Assembly (NCBI GenBank): GCA_021414225.1
Contig: JAIOOX010000002.1
Coordinates: forward strand, 161,118 to 225,117
Source: Candidatus Vogelbacteria bacterium
Lineage (GTDB): Bacteria > Patescibacteriota > Minisyncoccia > Phycocordibacterales > XYD1-FULL-46-19
Length of the DNA stretch: 64,000 bases
Direction: 5' to 3'
The notes beneath the pieces are model-generated. The model saw only the letters and a program-made list of their open reading frames with translations. It did not search any database and was not told where the DNA came from. This document shows, one piece after another, positions 39,712 to 49,190 of this stretch. Both the position numbers and the translations under genes were made by a program. The stretch's first letter is position 1. The number at the start of each line of letters is the position of its first letter.

Positions 39712-42012
39712 ATGCTCACACGATTACAAATACAAGATAATATCGATGCGTTAGAAGAACAGGGCGCAAGTCATGACGAGATTCAGGAATGGCTCGATAG
39801 TTTACCTAAGCAATCTTCTCAAGCATCGGCTGAAGCTCCGAAGAAAGAGGGAATTTTTAAAAAGATAGGTAAAGCTGTCATTTCAAGTGAGCTTAAATTC
39901 GGAAAAAGCATTGCTGATGCGATGCCATCTTTCGTGCCAGGAAGTGCTGCATGGACGAATAAACAAAACGAACAAATTATGGCAAATCAACATGCCATGA
40001 TGGAAAATCTTCTTGTTCAAAGAAAGAAACTCAAAGCAGAAGGCAAAGATACTTCACGAATCGATGCTGCAATCCAAGATATGCAGGAACAGATGAGTAA
40101 ACCTGCAATTGATATCAACGAGACGAATGCTTCGGTAAATAAAACTGCAAAGCAGGTATTTGGTGAAGGTCTTGGTGTGGCTGCAGATATTCTTTCGGCT
40201 GGATCATACGGCAAAGCTGCTCAAGGCGCACAGAGCGGTAAGTTACTTATCGCAGGAAAAGCCTCAGGCAAGGTCGCAACTGTGCTCGGTAAAGCCGGTA
40301 TCGGAAGCACAGTCTCTCCTGCAGCCGGAGCACTTCCAAGCATCATCGGTGGAGGTACAAAAGCCCAAGCAGCTCTCAAAGGTGCATGGCAGGGTGCAAA
40401 ACAAGGTTTTACCTCTGGTGCTGTTTGGGGCACTGCTCAAGGTGCTACTCGAGCGATGCAGGATAACAAAAGCAATGTCGACATCGCCTCAGATGCTATT
40501 ACTGGTGGCGTGGTCGGAGGTGTGGCGGGTGGAACTGTTGGTGCAATTGTCGGAGGCACAAGCGGATACATCAATCGTCGACGAGAGATTAATCGAATGC
40601 TCAAACCTTCAATGACACCGGATGAGACGATGAACTCTCTCCATAAAGAAATTGCGACTCATGCCGACGAAACATCATTTAAAACTTCTATCGAGAAAGG
40701 CGACCTTACTATTGATCAGGTGTATCAAAAGAATGGTGCTCTTAATCCTGAACTTGCGAAAGGAAGGATAGACGACATCGCAGCAAATCTTGACCTTAAG
40801 GTCCCAGGAGCAGGAGAGAAATACAAAACTCTCATTGATCCAAACAATACGAGCTTCGATGAACTCATTTCAAAAGCTGATGATGTGATCGACGAGAGCA
40901 GGAAGATTCCTGCTGAGGCAATCAAGTACACAGTGAATGCTGAGGGTAAGAAAGTTGTCGATACAAAAGCAAATGAAGCTCTTAAAGCGGGTATTGCAGA
41001 TCAAGATATTGCTTTCATTAAAAATGCTTCTAAAGATGATAAGAAAATATTCGAAAAAGCTATGAAGGTTGCTGAGCAAGCATCAAAAGATAAAACTTAT
41101 GCGCGTCAGCCAGTTGAGCAGGCAGGTAGGGTAATTATCGATCAAGCAAATACTGTAGAAAATGCTCGTATGACAGTCGGGTCTGAGCTTGGCGTAGTCA
41201 GGTCGAAGCTTGCGGCTGTACCAGTGAATGTTACTGATACTGCACAAAACTTTTATGACGATCTATCTGATGCCGGTATCACGATCGGCAATGATGGTCT
41301 CGATTTCTCAAAATCAAAATATGCGAATGTACCAAAGATTCAGAAATTAATTGAAAGTGTTCACCAACGATTAGTGAGCGCAGGGGATACACCGAACGTA
41401 AAAACTGTAGATATGATTCGACAGCAGCTTGGTACTGAAGTTGATCTCGGAACTCTTGAAGGGAATCTCGATAAAAGTGCAAAAAGAATTCTTCAAAAGG
41501 TTTACGGAGGCCTCGGAGAAAATATCACTTACATTGATCCAAAGTATGCAGAGCTCTCTGACCAATATTCAAAACTTTCAAGTGCAATGGATTACTTCCA
41601 ACGAGCACTCGGAAAAGATTTTGATGCAACAAATATTAATTCTTCACTGAAAGCAGGCGAAGTCGGCCGACGAATGCTTGGCAACGCTGCATCACGTCCA
41701 TTAGCTGTAGTTGAAAATATCCAAGACCTTGCTCGAACATACGGATATAACCCAAATGTTGATTCTCGCAGTCAGATTCTTTTTGCAAGCTTCTTAGAAG
41801 ATCTCTTTGGTACGACTCAGACACAGAGTCTTCAAAGCCAGATGACAAAGGGTGTAAACGCAGCTGAGGAAGCTACGGGAGCTCTTACTGATGCCGCCAC
41901 AGGCAATGCCAGCGGTCTTATGTCCAAAGCTCTCCGTAAAGGTATCAATCTGGTCCGAAATATCACCCCAGAACGCCAAATTGAGGCCATACGAGCACTC
42001 ATTACTCCTTAA
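39712..42012 (+). CDS. glycine-rich internal virion / tape-measure-like protein
   Basis: N-terminal coiled coil, then long Gly/Ala/Ser-rich hydrophobic repeats (GGVVGGVAGGTVGAIVGGTSG). Confidence 0.45.
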   Translation: MLTRLQIQDNIDALEEQGASHDEIQEWLDSLPKQSSQASAEAPKKEGIFKKIGKAVISSELKFGKSIADAMPSFVPGSAAWTNKQNEQIMANQHAMMENLLVQRKKLKAEGKDTSRIDAAIQDMQEQMSKPAIDINETNASVNKTAKQVFGEGLGVAADILSAGSYGKAAQGAQSGKLLIAGKASGKVATVLGKAGIGSTVSPAAGALPSIIGGGTKAQAALKGAWQGAKQGFTSGAVWGTAQGATRAMQDNKSNVDIASDAITGGVVGGVAGGTVGAIVGGTSGYINRRREINRMLKPSMTPDETMNSLHKEIATHADETSFKTSIEKGDLTIDQVYQKNGALNPELAKGRIDDIAANLDLKVPGAGEKYKTLIDPNNTSFDELISKADDVIDESRKIPAEAIKYTVNAEGKKVVDTKANEALKAGIADQDIAFIKNASKDDKKIFEKAMKVAEQASKDKTYARQPVEQAGRVIIDQANTVENARMTVGSELGVVRSKLAAVPVNVTDTAQNFYDDLSDAGITIGNDGLDFSKSKYANVPKIQKLIESVHQRLVSAGDTPNVKTVDMIRQQLGTEVDLGTLEGNLDKSAKRILQKVYGGLGENITYIDPKYAELSDQYSKLSSAMDYFQRALGKDFDATNINSSLKAGEVGRRMLGNAASRPLAVVENIQDLARTYGYNPNVDSRSQILFASFLEDLFGTTQTQSLQSQMTKGVNAAEEATGALTDAATGNASGLMSKALRKGINLVRNITPERQIEAIRALITP

Positions 42013-42033
42013 AGTAATGCACCATTTTTTGCC
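42012..42033 (+). promoter_or_regulatory. conserved motif copy 4, degenerate (AAGTAATGCACCATTTTTTGCC), ahead of the lysis genes
   Basis: Shares AAGTAATGCAC and the T-rich tract. ATGGCA 15 nt downstream. Confidence 0.45.
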
Positions 42034-42057
42034 AAAAAGCGGATTTAAGCTTATGGC

Positions 42058-42339
42058 ATGGATAAAACAGATGGATTCAAGAAATTTCTTTATAACCAAG
42101 TCTCATTGGTGATCGGGATTGTCGGCGTATCTTTTGGAATTTTTAATATGCTCCAAGCTCCCAAGAGCGATATTCAGGTGATTGAGGCTCTCAACAATAT
42201 CAGAGACAACCACATTCATACGATAGAGGAAAACGTAAAGCGTATAGACGAAACTAACACCCAACAATATCAGGATACAAGCGATCGACTGACAAAAATT
42301 GAGACGATTCTTCAGGAACGATTACCATCTAAAAAATAA
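42058..42339 (+). CDS. holin-like small membrane protein
   Basis: One TM (LVIGIVGVSFGIF) plus a charged helical tail, immediately upstream of the amidase. Confidence 0.45.
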   Translation: MDKTDGFKKFLYNQVSLVIGIVGVSFGIFNMLQAPKSDIQVIEALNNIRDNHIHTIEENVKRIDETNTQQYQDTSDRLTKIETILQERLPSKK

Positions 42340-42342
42340 TTT

Positions 42343-42948
42343 ATGAATATTCCATTTCAACAGACTTTAAACTATGCAACTGGTCCTACAAAGAAGATCG
42401 TTGTTGTACTTCATTTCACACTAGGAGCATATAGGGGAGCGGTAGAGTGGCTCTCAAATGCCAACAGACCGAATCGATCATCAGCCCATTTTGTTATCGG
42501 CCGAAATCAGGGAGAGATCGTGCAGCTTGTAAAAGTAACTGATATTGCATGGCACGCAGGAGGCATAAGCAATCCAAATGATCGAGCAAAAAAGATTATG
42601 CTCAAGAATTTGGACGGCTCATATGTGAATCCCAACCAATACACCATTGGTATCGAGCTTGCGGCCGGATATGACGTAGATCAGGACGGATTGGTCGAGC
42701 CGAATGAGAATGATGTCACCGAATGGCAGTATCAACAGCTCACTGAGCTTGTGAAGTCTTTCGTAAATAATCCAGAAACTGCATTTATTCTTGATCCGAA
42801 GAATATCATCATTCATGGAGATATCGCTGACTACAAAGAAAAGCCTGAGATTGTTCGTACCGAACTTCTCAAGCGATTGTTTCCGGTCCAGCCAGTAAAT
42901 AAAGAAGCGATCAAGTCTCAAATTATCAGCTTGCTAAACCAACTATGA
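42343..42948 (+). CDS. N-acetylmuramoyl-L-alanine amidase (PGRP/Amidase_2) endolysin
   Basis: SAHFVIGRNQGEIVQLV and IAWHAGG motifs. Confidence 0.8.
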   Translation: MNIPFQQTLNYATGPTKKIVVVLHFTLGAYRGAVEWLSNANRPNRSSAHFVIGRNQGEIVQLVKVTDIAWHAGGISNPNDRAKKIMLKNLDGSYVNPNQYTIGIELAAGYDVDQDGLVEPNENDVTEWQYQQLTELVKSFVNNPETAFILDPKNIIIHGDIADYKEKPEIVRTELLKRLFPVQPVNKEAIKSQIISLLNQL

Positions 42949-43041
42949 GATATGTATCACAAATTCTCATAGCGATCGCAGCATTTCTGTTTGCGTATGC
43001 GGTCTGGCTCGAGCATGTGCATTAATAATTAAAAAATATTT

Positions 43042-43221
43042 ATGAGTAAAATTTATACATCAGCAAGTAAGATCGTTTTCATTCTCATGGCAGTCGCAGT
43101 GATTGTTGGAATGTTTTATGGAAAGGTAGATGCGAAGGATTTCATGATTCTGGCGTCTATGGCTTTCTCATTCTACTTTGCCAACAAAGGGGAGAGTAAC
43201 GAACCTTTCGCAGGTAAATAA
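43042..43221 (+). CDS. small two-TM membrane protein (second holin-like)
   Basis: Translated by hand: MSKIYTSASKIVFILMAVAVIVGMFYGKVDAKDFMILASMAFSFYFANKGESNEPFAGK. 59 aa. Confidence 0.4.
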   Translation: MSKIYTSASKIVFILMAVAVIVGMFYGKVDAKDFMILASMAFSFYFANKGESNEPFAGK

Positions 43222-43252
43222 GGGCTTATAGAGCAAAATAGAGCCTAAAAAT

Positions 43253-43275
43253 AGCCCTATATAGGGCTGTTTTTA
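43253..43275 (+). terminator. rho-independent terminator closing the lysis cassette
   Basis: AGCCCTAT/ATAGGGCT palindrome followed by GTTTTT. Confidence 0.6.
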
Positions 43276-43331
43276 GTGTATTTATCCACATTGGTGTGGT
43301 TGTTGCCTTATCTAATACTATCTGATACAAT

Positions 43332-44423
43332 GTGATACGTACTGAGTATTACATACCTATGGACGAAATAAAGGCAAAATTTAATAAAAGAATTCAAACA
43401 CCCGAGCCTCATATCGTGGGTCTTTTGGCTGAGATCGATGGTATTCGAGGAGAATTTAAATCGGGTCTTAGAATGACACCACAAGCAATCACTAGTCTCA
43501 AGAGATCGGTGCTTGTTACATCTGCCGGAGCTTCTACTCGTATTGAAGGCTCCAAACTTAATGACAAAGAAGTTGAAGAAGTTTTGCAAGGACTCGCTAA
43601 CTCAAAATTTGCTGAGAGAGATTACCAAGAAGTGCAGGGATATCTTGAAACACTTCAAAATGTTTTCAATAGTTTTGAAAATCTTCCGCTCAGAGAAGGT
43701 GTAATTTCGTCATTGCACAAAGAATTGCTCAAATACTCGAGTAAGGATGATCTTCATCGTGGCAAATACAAGCAAAAGGAGAACATCGTAGGTGTTCAGA
43801 GGGCAGATGGCACGATTGCAAAAATTGTTTTCGATACAACACCAGCTTGGCTTGCTCCAAAAGAGATGAAAGAGCTTGTTGATTGGACTTTTGAGGCATT
43901 GGAAGAAAATCGCTACCATCCGCTTCTAGTAATTGCCAATTTCCTCGTTGATTTTCTCAAAATTCACCCATTTGAAGACGGAAATGGGAGACTTTCACGT
44001 GTCCTCACCAATCTTTTGCTTCTTCGATCAGGCTATCAGTTCGTGCAGTATGTCTCCCATGAGCAGATTGTCGAGAGACGAAAAGACGAATACTATCTTG
44101 CTCTCAAAAAGTCCCAGGATACTTTTGGCAAGGAAAATGACACTATCGCACCTTGGCTTAATTTCTTCTTGGCGGTCATAAAAGAACAGGCAACCAAGGC
44201 TCTTGTTTATCTTCAAGAAGAAAAGTTTGAAGATACCTTGTCACCGAAGCAACTCGAGGTATGGAAGTATCTCTCGGGCAACGGAGAAACTAGCCCAGGT
44301 GATATCGCAAAGGCGGCAGGGATCGAAATAACTACAGTACGCAAAGCATTGGGTCGCCTTGTCGAACTTGAAAAGGTGAAAAGAACTGGCCGAGGCCCAG
44401 GAACTCGCTATGTCAAAATATAA
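43332..44423 (+). CDS. Fic-family protein with C-terminal wHTH
   Basis: HPFEDGNGRLSRVLTNLLLL is the Fic core motif HPFx(D/E)GNGR. Confidence 0.85.
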   Translation: MIRTEYYIPMDEIKAKFNKRIQTPEPHIVGLLAEIDGIRGEFKSGLRMTPQAITSLKRSVLVTSAGASTRIEGSKLNDKEVEEVLQGLANSKFAERDYQEVQGYLETLQNVFNSFENLPLREGVISSLHKELLKYSSKDDLHRGKYKQKENIVGVQRADGTIAKIVFDTTPAWLAPKEMKELVDWTFEALEENRYHPLLVIANFLVDFLKIHPFEDGNGRLSRVLTNLLLLRSGYQFVQYVSHEQIVERRKDEYYLALKKSQDTFGKENDTIAPWLNFFLAVIKEQATKALVYLQEEKFEDTLSPKQLEVWKYLSGNGETSPGDIAKAAGIEITTVRKALGRLVELEKVKRTGRGPGTRYVKI

Positions 44424-45310
44424 TGAAAAAGAAAACCACTAAAAACAAATATAGATTCATCGACTTATTCGCAGGAATAGGAGGCTTTCACATTGCTTTC
44501 AATAAAGCTGGGGGTGAATGTGTATTTGCGAGCGAATGGGATGAGAAGGCTAGGAAAACTTATGAAGCGAATCATAGAAAAACAGACCCAGAGCTTTTTG
44601 AATCTGGAAATTTCGCAGGCGACATAACCAAAGTTGATGCAAAGAAAGTTCCAGATCATGAAATTTTAACGGGAGGATTCCCGTGTCAGCCTTTCAGTCA
44701 TGCGGGTTTCAAGAAAGGATTTACCGACTCTCGAGGGACTCTGTTCCACGATGTTGCAAGAATCATAAAAGAAAAGCAACCGAAAGCTTTCTTTCTTGAG
44801 AATGTCAGTCATCTATTCAAACACGATGATGGTAAAACTTTCGCAACTATCAAGAAAATAATCGAGGAAGACCTCGGGTATTCTTTCTATTATAAAATTG
44901 TCAAAGGCACTGACTTCAATGTGCCACAGTTCAGACCGAGATTGTTCATGGTTGGATTCAAGGACAAAAAAATTAATTTTGAATTCCCGAAGCCCGTAAA
45001 ACTGACAAAAACCATGTCGGATATTTGGGGAGGGAAATGTTCCAGAGAAGTGGGATTTACTTTGCGTGTCGGGGGGAGAGGTTCCAAGATAACAGATCGG
45101 AGAAATTGGGACTCTTATATAGTGGACGGAAAAGTCCGAAGACTTTCTCCTGTTGAAGGACGAAGAATGATGGGACTTCCTGAAAGCTTTATTTTTCCTG
45201 TTACCGACATACAGGCGATGAAGCAGTTGGGGAATGCGGTGGTCGTACCAGCCATTACCGCAGTTGCCAAGCAAATAATAAAAACATTGGACGAACATGA
45301 ACGAGCATAA
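44423..45310 (+). CDS. DNA cytosine-5 methyltransferase (M1)
   Basis: FAGIGGFHIAF, GGFPCQPFSHAG, ENVSHL, QFRPRLFMVGF, LGNAVVVP. Start overlaps the Fic stop. Confidence 0.85.
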   Translation: MKKKTTKNKYRFIDLFAGIGGFHIAFNKAGGECVFASEWDEKARKTYEANHRKTDPELFESGNFAGDITKVDAKKVPDHEILTGGFPCQPFSHAGFKKGFTDSRGTLFHDVARIIKEKQPKAFFLENVSHLFKHDDGKTFATIKKIIEEDLGYSFYYKIVKGTDFNVPQFRPRLFMVGFKDKKINFEFPKPVKLTKTMSDIWGGKCSREVGFTLRVGGRGSKITDRRNWDSYIVDGKVRRLSPVEGRRMMGLPESFIFPVTDIQAMKQLGNAVVVPAITAVAKQIIKTLDEHERA

Positions 45311-46400
45311 AACCATAAAGGGTAATAAGGGCGAATGGAGCGAATTTTACGCATTCATTAAAATACTTGCCGACAGGCAGATTTTTGCAGCGGATGAAAA
45401 TTTGAAGAAACTCAGCGATAAATTTTTTACGGTCCTCAAAATAATCAGAGAGGAAGCGAAGAACGGAAAGATAACTTACGATCTACAATCCGATGGAAAC
45501 GAAATAGCGATCTATAACGAGAAAGGAGATAAAATCGGAACCGCCAAATCCGACAATATCAAAAAAGAGGTAGCCGCCATTTTTTCAAAGATGAAAGAGG
45601 AAGCTAAGACCGCTGCATTTTCAATATCGGTGGCAGACAGTCTCATTGAAGAATTGGGTTGCACTCAAATCAAGGCTTCAAGCGGTAGCAAAGCCGATTT
45701 GATGCTTATGATACACGACAGAATAACCCCGACGACACCCGAGTTGGGATTCAGCATCAAATCAATGTTGGGATCGCCCTCGACTCTCCTTAACGCTTCG
45801 GGAGCAACCAATCTCATTTTCTCAGTTCAGGGATATAAAGGAAATATCGAGGAAGTGAACGCGATTGAAGGGAAGTCGAAGATGAGAGATCGAATGAAGC
45901 ATATCGCCACACACGGAGGAATTGTGAAATTCGAAGGAGTGCACAGTCCGGTATTCAAGAAAAACTTGTCCAAAATCGATACGATTTTCCCCGAGATAAT
46001 TGCGGAAATAATGAAAGCGTACTATTCGGGCAAGGGTTCGACCATGGAAGAATTGGTGACGGGAATTCTCGAAAACGACGAGTTCAAAACCAAGTATAAC
46101 CTCGACAGGGGCGATTACGAATACAAAATAAAGAATTTTTTGGTATCGGTGGCGCTGGGCATGACTCCGAAGAAAGAATGGGACGGATTCACCAAAGCTC
46201 ACGGCGGATACATTGTAGTAAAAGAAGACGGAGAAATCGTTTGCTATCACCTCTACAACAGAGACGAGTTTCAGAACTATCTCTATAAGAACACCAAATT
46301 GGAAACGCCGAGTACCACGCGCCACGGATACGGGTCTATTTATAAAGAGGGCGACAATCTGATGATGAAATTAAATTTGCAAATCAGATTCATCAAATAA
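45297..46400 (+). CDS. putative Type II restriction endonuclease (possibly HpaII-like; N-terminal NKGEWSEFY recalled from that family)
   Basis: Overlaps M1 by 14 nt. The 367-aa size fits a Type II REase. The family call rests on memory of an N-terminal signature. Confidence 0.45.
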   Translation: MNEHKTIKGNKGEWSEFYAFIKILADRQIFAADENLKKLSDKFFTVLKIIREEAKNGKITYDLQSDGNEIAIYNEKGDKIGTAKSDNIKKEVAAIFSKMKEEAKTAAFSISVADSLIEELGCTQIKASSGSKADLMLMIHDRITPTTPELGFSIKSMLGSPSTLLNASGATNLIFSVQGYKGNIEEVNAIEGKSKMRDRMKHIATHGGIVKFEGVHSPVFKKNLSKIDTIFPEIIAEIMKAYYSGKGSTMEELVTGILENDEFKTKYNLDRGDYEYKIKNFLVSVALGMTPKKEWDGFTKAHGGYIVVKEDGEIVCYHLYNRDEFQNYLYKNTKLETPSTTRHGYGSIYKEGDNLMMKLNLQIRFIK

Positions 46401-46445
46401 CGACTCGGCAAACTGTCGCCAACAGCGTAAAAAAAGTTTATAATA

Positions 46446-47525
46446 ATGATACTAATGAGTTCAAATCGTAAAACAATTAAAGTTATAGATTTATTCTGCG
46501 GTATCGGCGGTTTGACTCATGGACTCATCAAGGAGGGGTTGGATGTGGTGGCAGGAATCGACAACGATTCGTCATGCAAATTCGGATACGAATACAACAA
46601 CAAAACCCAGTTTATTGATAAAGACATTCTCAAAGTAACCGCCGAGCAGGTAAACGGTTTGTTCGGTCCCAAAAAGGATTCAATCAGAGTGCTTGCGGGT
46701 TGCGCTCCATGTCAGCCATTTTCAAAATTAAACCTCAAAGAGGTCACACAAAAACAACTTGAACCTCTGGGTAAATTTGCCCAACTTATTGCCGAGACTC
46801 TGCCTGATATCGTATCAATGGAAAACGTAAGCGGGCTCGCAGACGTGAAAAAATATCCCGTATTCGCAAACTTCCTCAAGACTCTTGACGATAACGGCTA
46901 TAAATATAAATACGAGGTTGTCGATGTGTCGGAATTCGGAGTGCCTCAAAAGAGAAAGAGACTCGTACTTCTCGCTTCAAAATTTGGAGAGATATCCTTG
47001 ATAAAAAGAACTCACAAAGACAAACGTGTGACGGTTCGAGATGTTATCAGTCACCTTGAACCAATAAAAGATGGCGATGTTAGCAAAAAAGACCCCCTGC
47101 ATCGAACTCGAAAACTCGCTCCAATAAATCTAAAGCGCATAAAAGCTACGCCTCACAATGGAGGTAATTCTGATAGCTGGTCTGACGATTTGATGCTAGA
47201 GTGCCACAAGAAAGAGTCTGGAAAGACCTACAGTAGCACCGTATATGGCCGAATGCGATGGGATGAGCCTGCACCAACTATGACCACACAGTGTATTGGT
47301 CTCGGAAACGGACGTTTCGGGCATCCGAAGCAAGATAGAGCGATCAGTCTTCGAGAAGCCGCTATTTTTCAAACATTCCCAGAAAATTACAAGTTCGTAC
47401 CTTCAAACGAGCCGATCGTCGTAGCTCGTGTGGCAAAATTCATCGGCAATGCAGTACCAGTAAGACTCGGATCGGTAATCGGCAAGAGTATCAAGAGCCA
47501 CCTCAAATCCTATGAAAAAAACTAA
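46446..47525 (+). CDS. DNA cytosine-5 methyltransferase (M2)
   Basis: FCGIGGLTHG, AGCAPCQPFS, ENVSGL, QKRKRLVLLAS, GNAVPVRLG. Confidence 0.85.
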   Translation: MILMSSNRKTIKVIDLFCGIGGLTHGLIKEGLDVVAGIDNDSSCKFGYEYNNKTQFIDKDILKVTAEQVNGLFGPKKDSIRVLAGCAPCQPFSKLNLKEVTQKQLEPLGKFAQLIAETLPDIVSMENVSGLADVKKYPVFANFLKTLDDNGYKYKYEVVDVSEFGVPQKRKRLVLLASKFGEISLIKRTHKDKRVTVRDVISHLEPIKDGDVSKKDPLHRTRKLAPINLKRIKATPHNGGNSDSWSDDLMLECHKKESGKTYSSTVYGRMRWDEPAPTMTTQCIGLGNGRFGHPKQDRAISLREAAIFQTFPENYKFVPSNEPIVVARVAKFIGNAVPVRLGSVIGKSIKSHLKSYEKN

Positions 47526-49185
47526 TGACCAATTCTCCTTCGAAATATCTCTAAGCGTTCTAAACCACCTCGGAAGAAACCTTTATCGTAGTTTTGCCAC
47601 AGTTTTGGGCGAAGCGATTTCAAATGCCTGGGATGCTGATGCGGAAAATGTCCAAATTTTCATAGACCGAGAAAACAGCAGTTTTTTCATAAAAGACGAC
47701 GGTATAGGAATGTCGAAAGACGATTTTCAAAATAAGTTTTTGAGGATCGGTTACTCAAAAAGGAAGGATGGGGGATCAAAGTCAGCGAAAAAACGTCCTT
47801 ATATAGGCAGAAAAGGTATCGGGAAACTGGCGCTCCTTTCATGCGCAAAGAAAATTACGATCATATCAAAGCAAAAAGGAGGCAAATATGTCGGAGGTAT
47901 CATTGATAACTCGGGTCTTGATAACGCAATCAAGCAAGACCTCACTCCTGACAAATATCCGCTCGGAGAATGGTCCGAGGAAGTTTTTGCAAAACACATT
48001 GAAGGACATGAGCAGGGAACCTTAATATATTTTGAAGGATTGAATGACGGTATAAAAAACAGTTTGGAGTTTTTGAAGAAAATAATCGCTCTGTATTTCA
48101 GATTTTCTCTGCTCGATAATTCTTTTAATATTTTTATAGACGATGAGAAGATTACTCACGAATGTCTTGACGACCTTGCTCAAAAAACAGAGTTTCTTTG
48201 GAGGATCAATGCCCATGATGATCCTTATGTGAAGGGTTTGGAGAATCGATTCACTCCTGAAAATAATGAACAAAGAACTATCAGTGTCGATAAGCCAGAT
48301 ATCAAAGGATTCATCGCTTCCGTCGAGCGCCCTAGAGACCTGAAAATAATGACGACCGAGGAACGTATCGGTATTGATCTTTTCGTGAACGGAAGATTAC
48401 GTGAAAGAGACATATTGAAGCACATCCCGACCTCTCGAGTGGCTGAAAGCTATCTCTACGGACAAATTCATTATAACGATCTTGATGAAGGCGCGGATCG
48501 TTTTACCAGCAGCAGAGAGGGAATAGTTGCCGACGACCCTACTTACAAAGAATTTCTCGATCTTTTCCGAAAGAAAGTGATTGGTCCCGTTATCGATGAC
48601 TGGGATAAGTGGAGAATCGCGCACAGGAAGGATGGTGATTCTGAAAATGACGCTATTCCAAAGAAGGACAGGAAGTCCCGAGAGCTTTACAACGCTGTTT
48701 CGGATGAGTACACCATGCCCACTAATTCTGCCAACAAGAAAAAAGTTGATGGATGGGTTAACGGCTTGGCCGACGACGCTCAGTATAACTTTTCTTCCTA
48801 CGCCGAGTGTTTTTTAGGAGAAAATCTGATCAGGAAATATGTTAAGGATCAAGGCATTGCTCTCACATCGGTCGCCAATGATCAAATAACGGAATGGAAA
48901 ACCAGGGAGGCGGAAAATAAGAGGCAGGGTAATATAAGCATCGACATAATGGAAAATGGTGAAGACCTGAGCTACCTTGGCATGGATACCTTAACCTTTT
49001 TGGTTGATGTGCCACCCGCTCCTGGAAGCGCGAACTCAATGAGACAAGATGCCAAGGAGTATAAACCTTTGAGAAATGCAGTGATGCACACTGCCATTTT
49101 GACAGATGCAGCAAAAGCAAAGTTGTCTTCGGTATATGAAAATATTAAAGGGCGAGTAAAGACTCTGCTTTCAGGAAGTAATTAA
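47512..49185 (+). CDS. GHKL (MORC/HATPase_c_3-like) ATPase, probable restriction/defence partner of M2
   Basis: LGEAISNAWDA (N box), DDGIGM (G1), GRKGIGKLA (G2). 557 aa with an unassigned C-terminal half. Overlaps M2 by 14 nt. Confidence 0.7.
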   Translation: MKKTNDQFSFEISLSVLNHLGRNLYRSFATVLGEAISNAWDADAENVQIFIDRENSSFFIKDDGIGMSKDDFQNKFLRIGYSKRKDGGSKSAKKRPYIGRKGIGKLALLSCAKKITIISKQKGGKYVGGIIDNSGLDNAIKQDLTPDKYPLGEWSEEVFAKHIEGHEQGTLIYFEGLNDGIKNSLEFLKKIIALYFRFSLLDNSFNIFIDDEKITHECLDDLAQKTEFLWRINAHDDPYVKGLENRFTPENNEQRTISVDKPDIKGFIASVERPRDLKIMTTEERIGIDLFVNGRLRERDILKHIPTSRVAESYLYGQIHYNDLDEGADRFTSSREGIVADDPTYKEFLDLFRKKVIGPVIDDWDKWRIAHRKDGDSENDAIPKKDRKSRELYNAVSDEYTMPTNSANKKKVDGWVNGLADDAQYNFSSYAECFLGENLIRKYVKDQGIALTSVANDQITEWKTREAENKRQGNISIDIMENGEDLSYLGMDTLTFLVDVPPAPGSANSMRQDAKEYKPLRNAVMHTAILTDAAKAKLSSVYENIKGRVKTLLSGSN

Positions 49186-49190
49186 AATAT

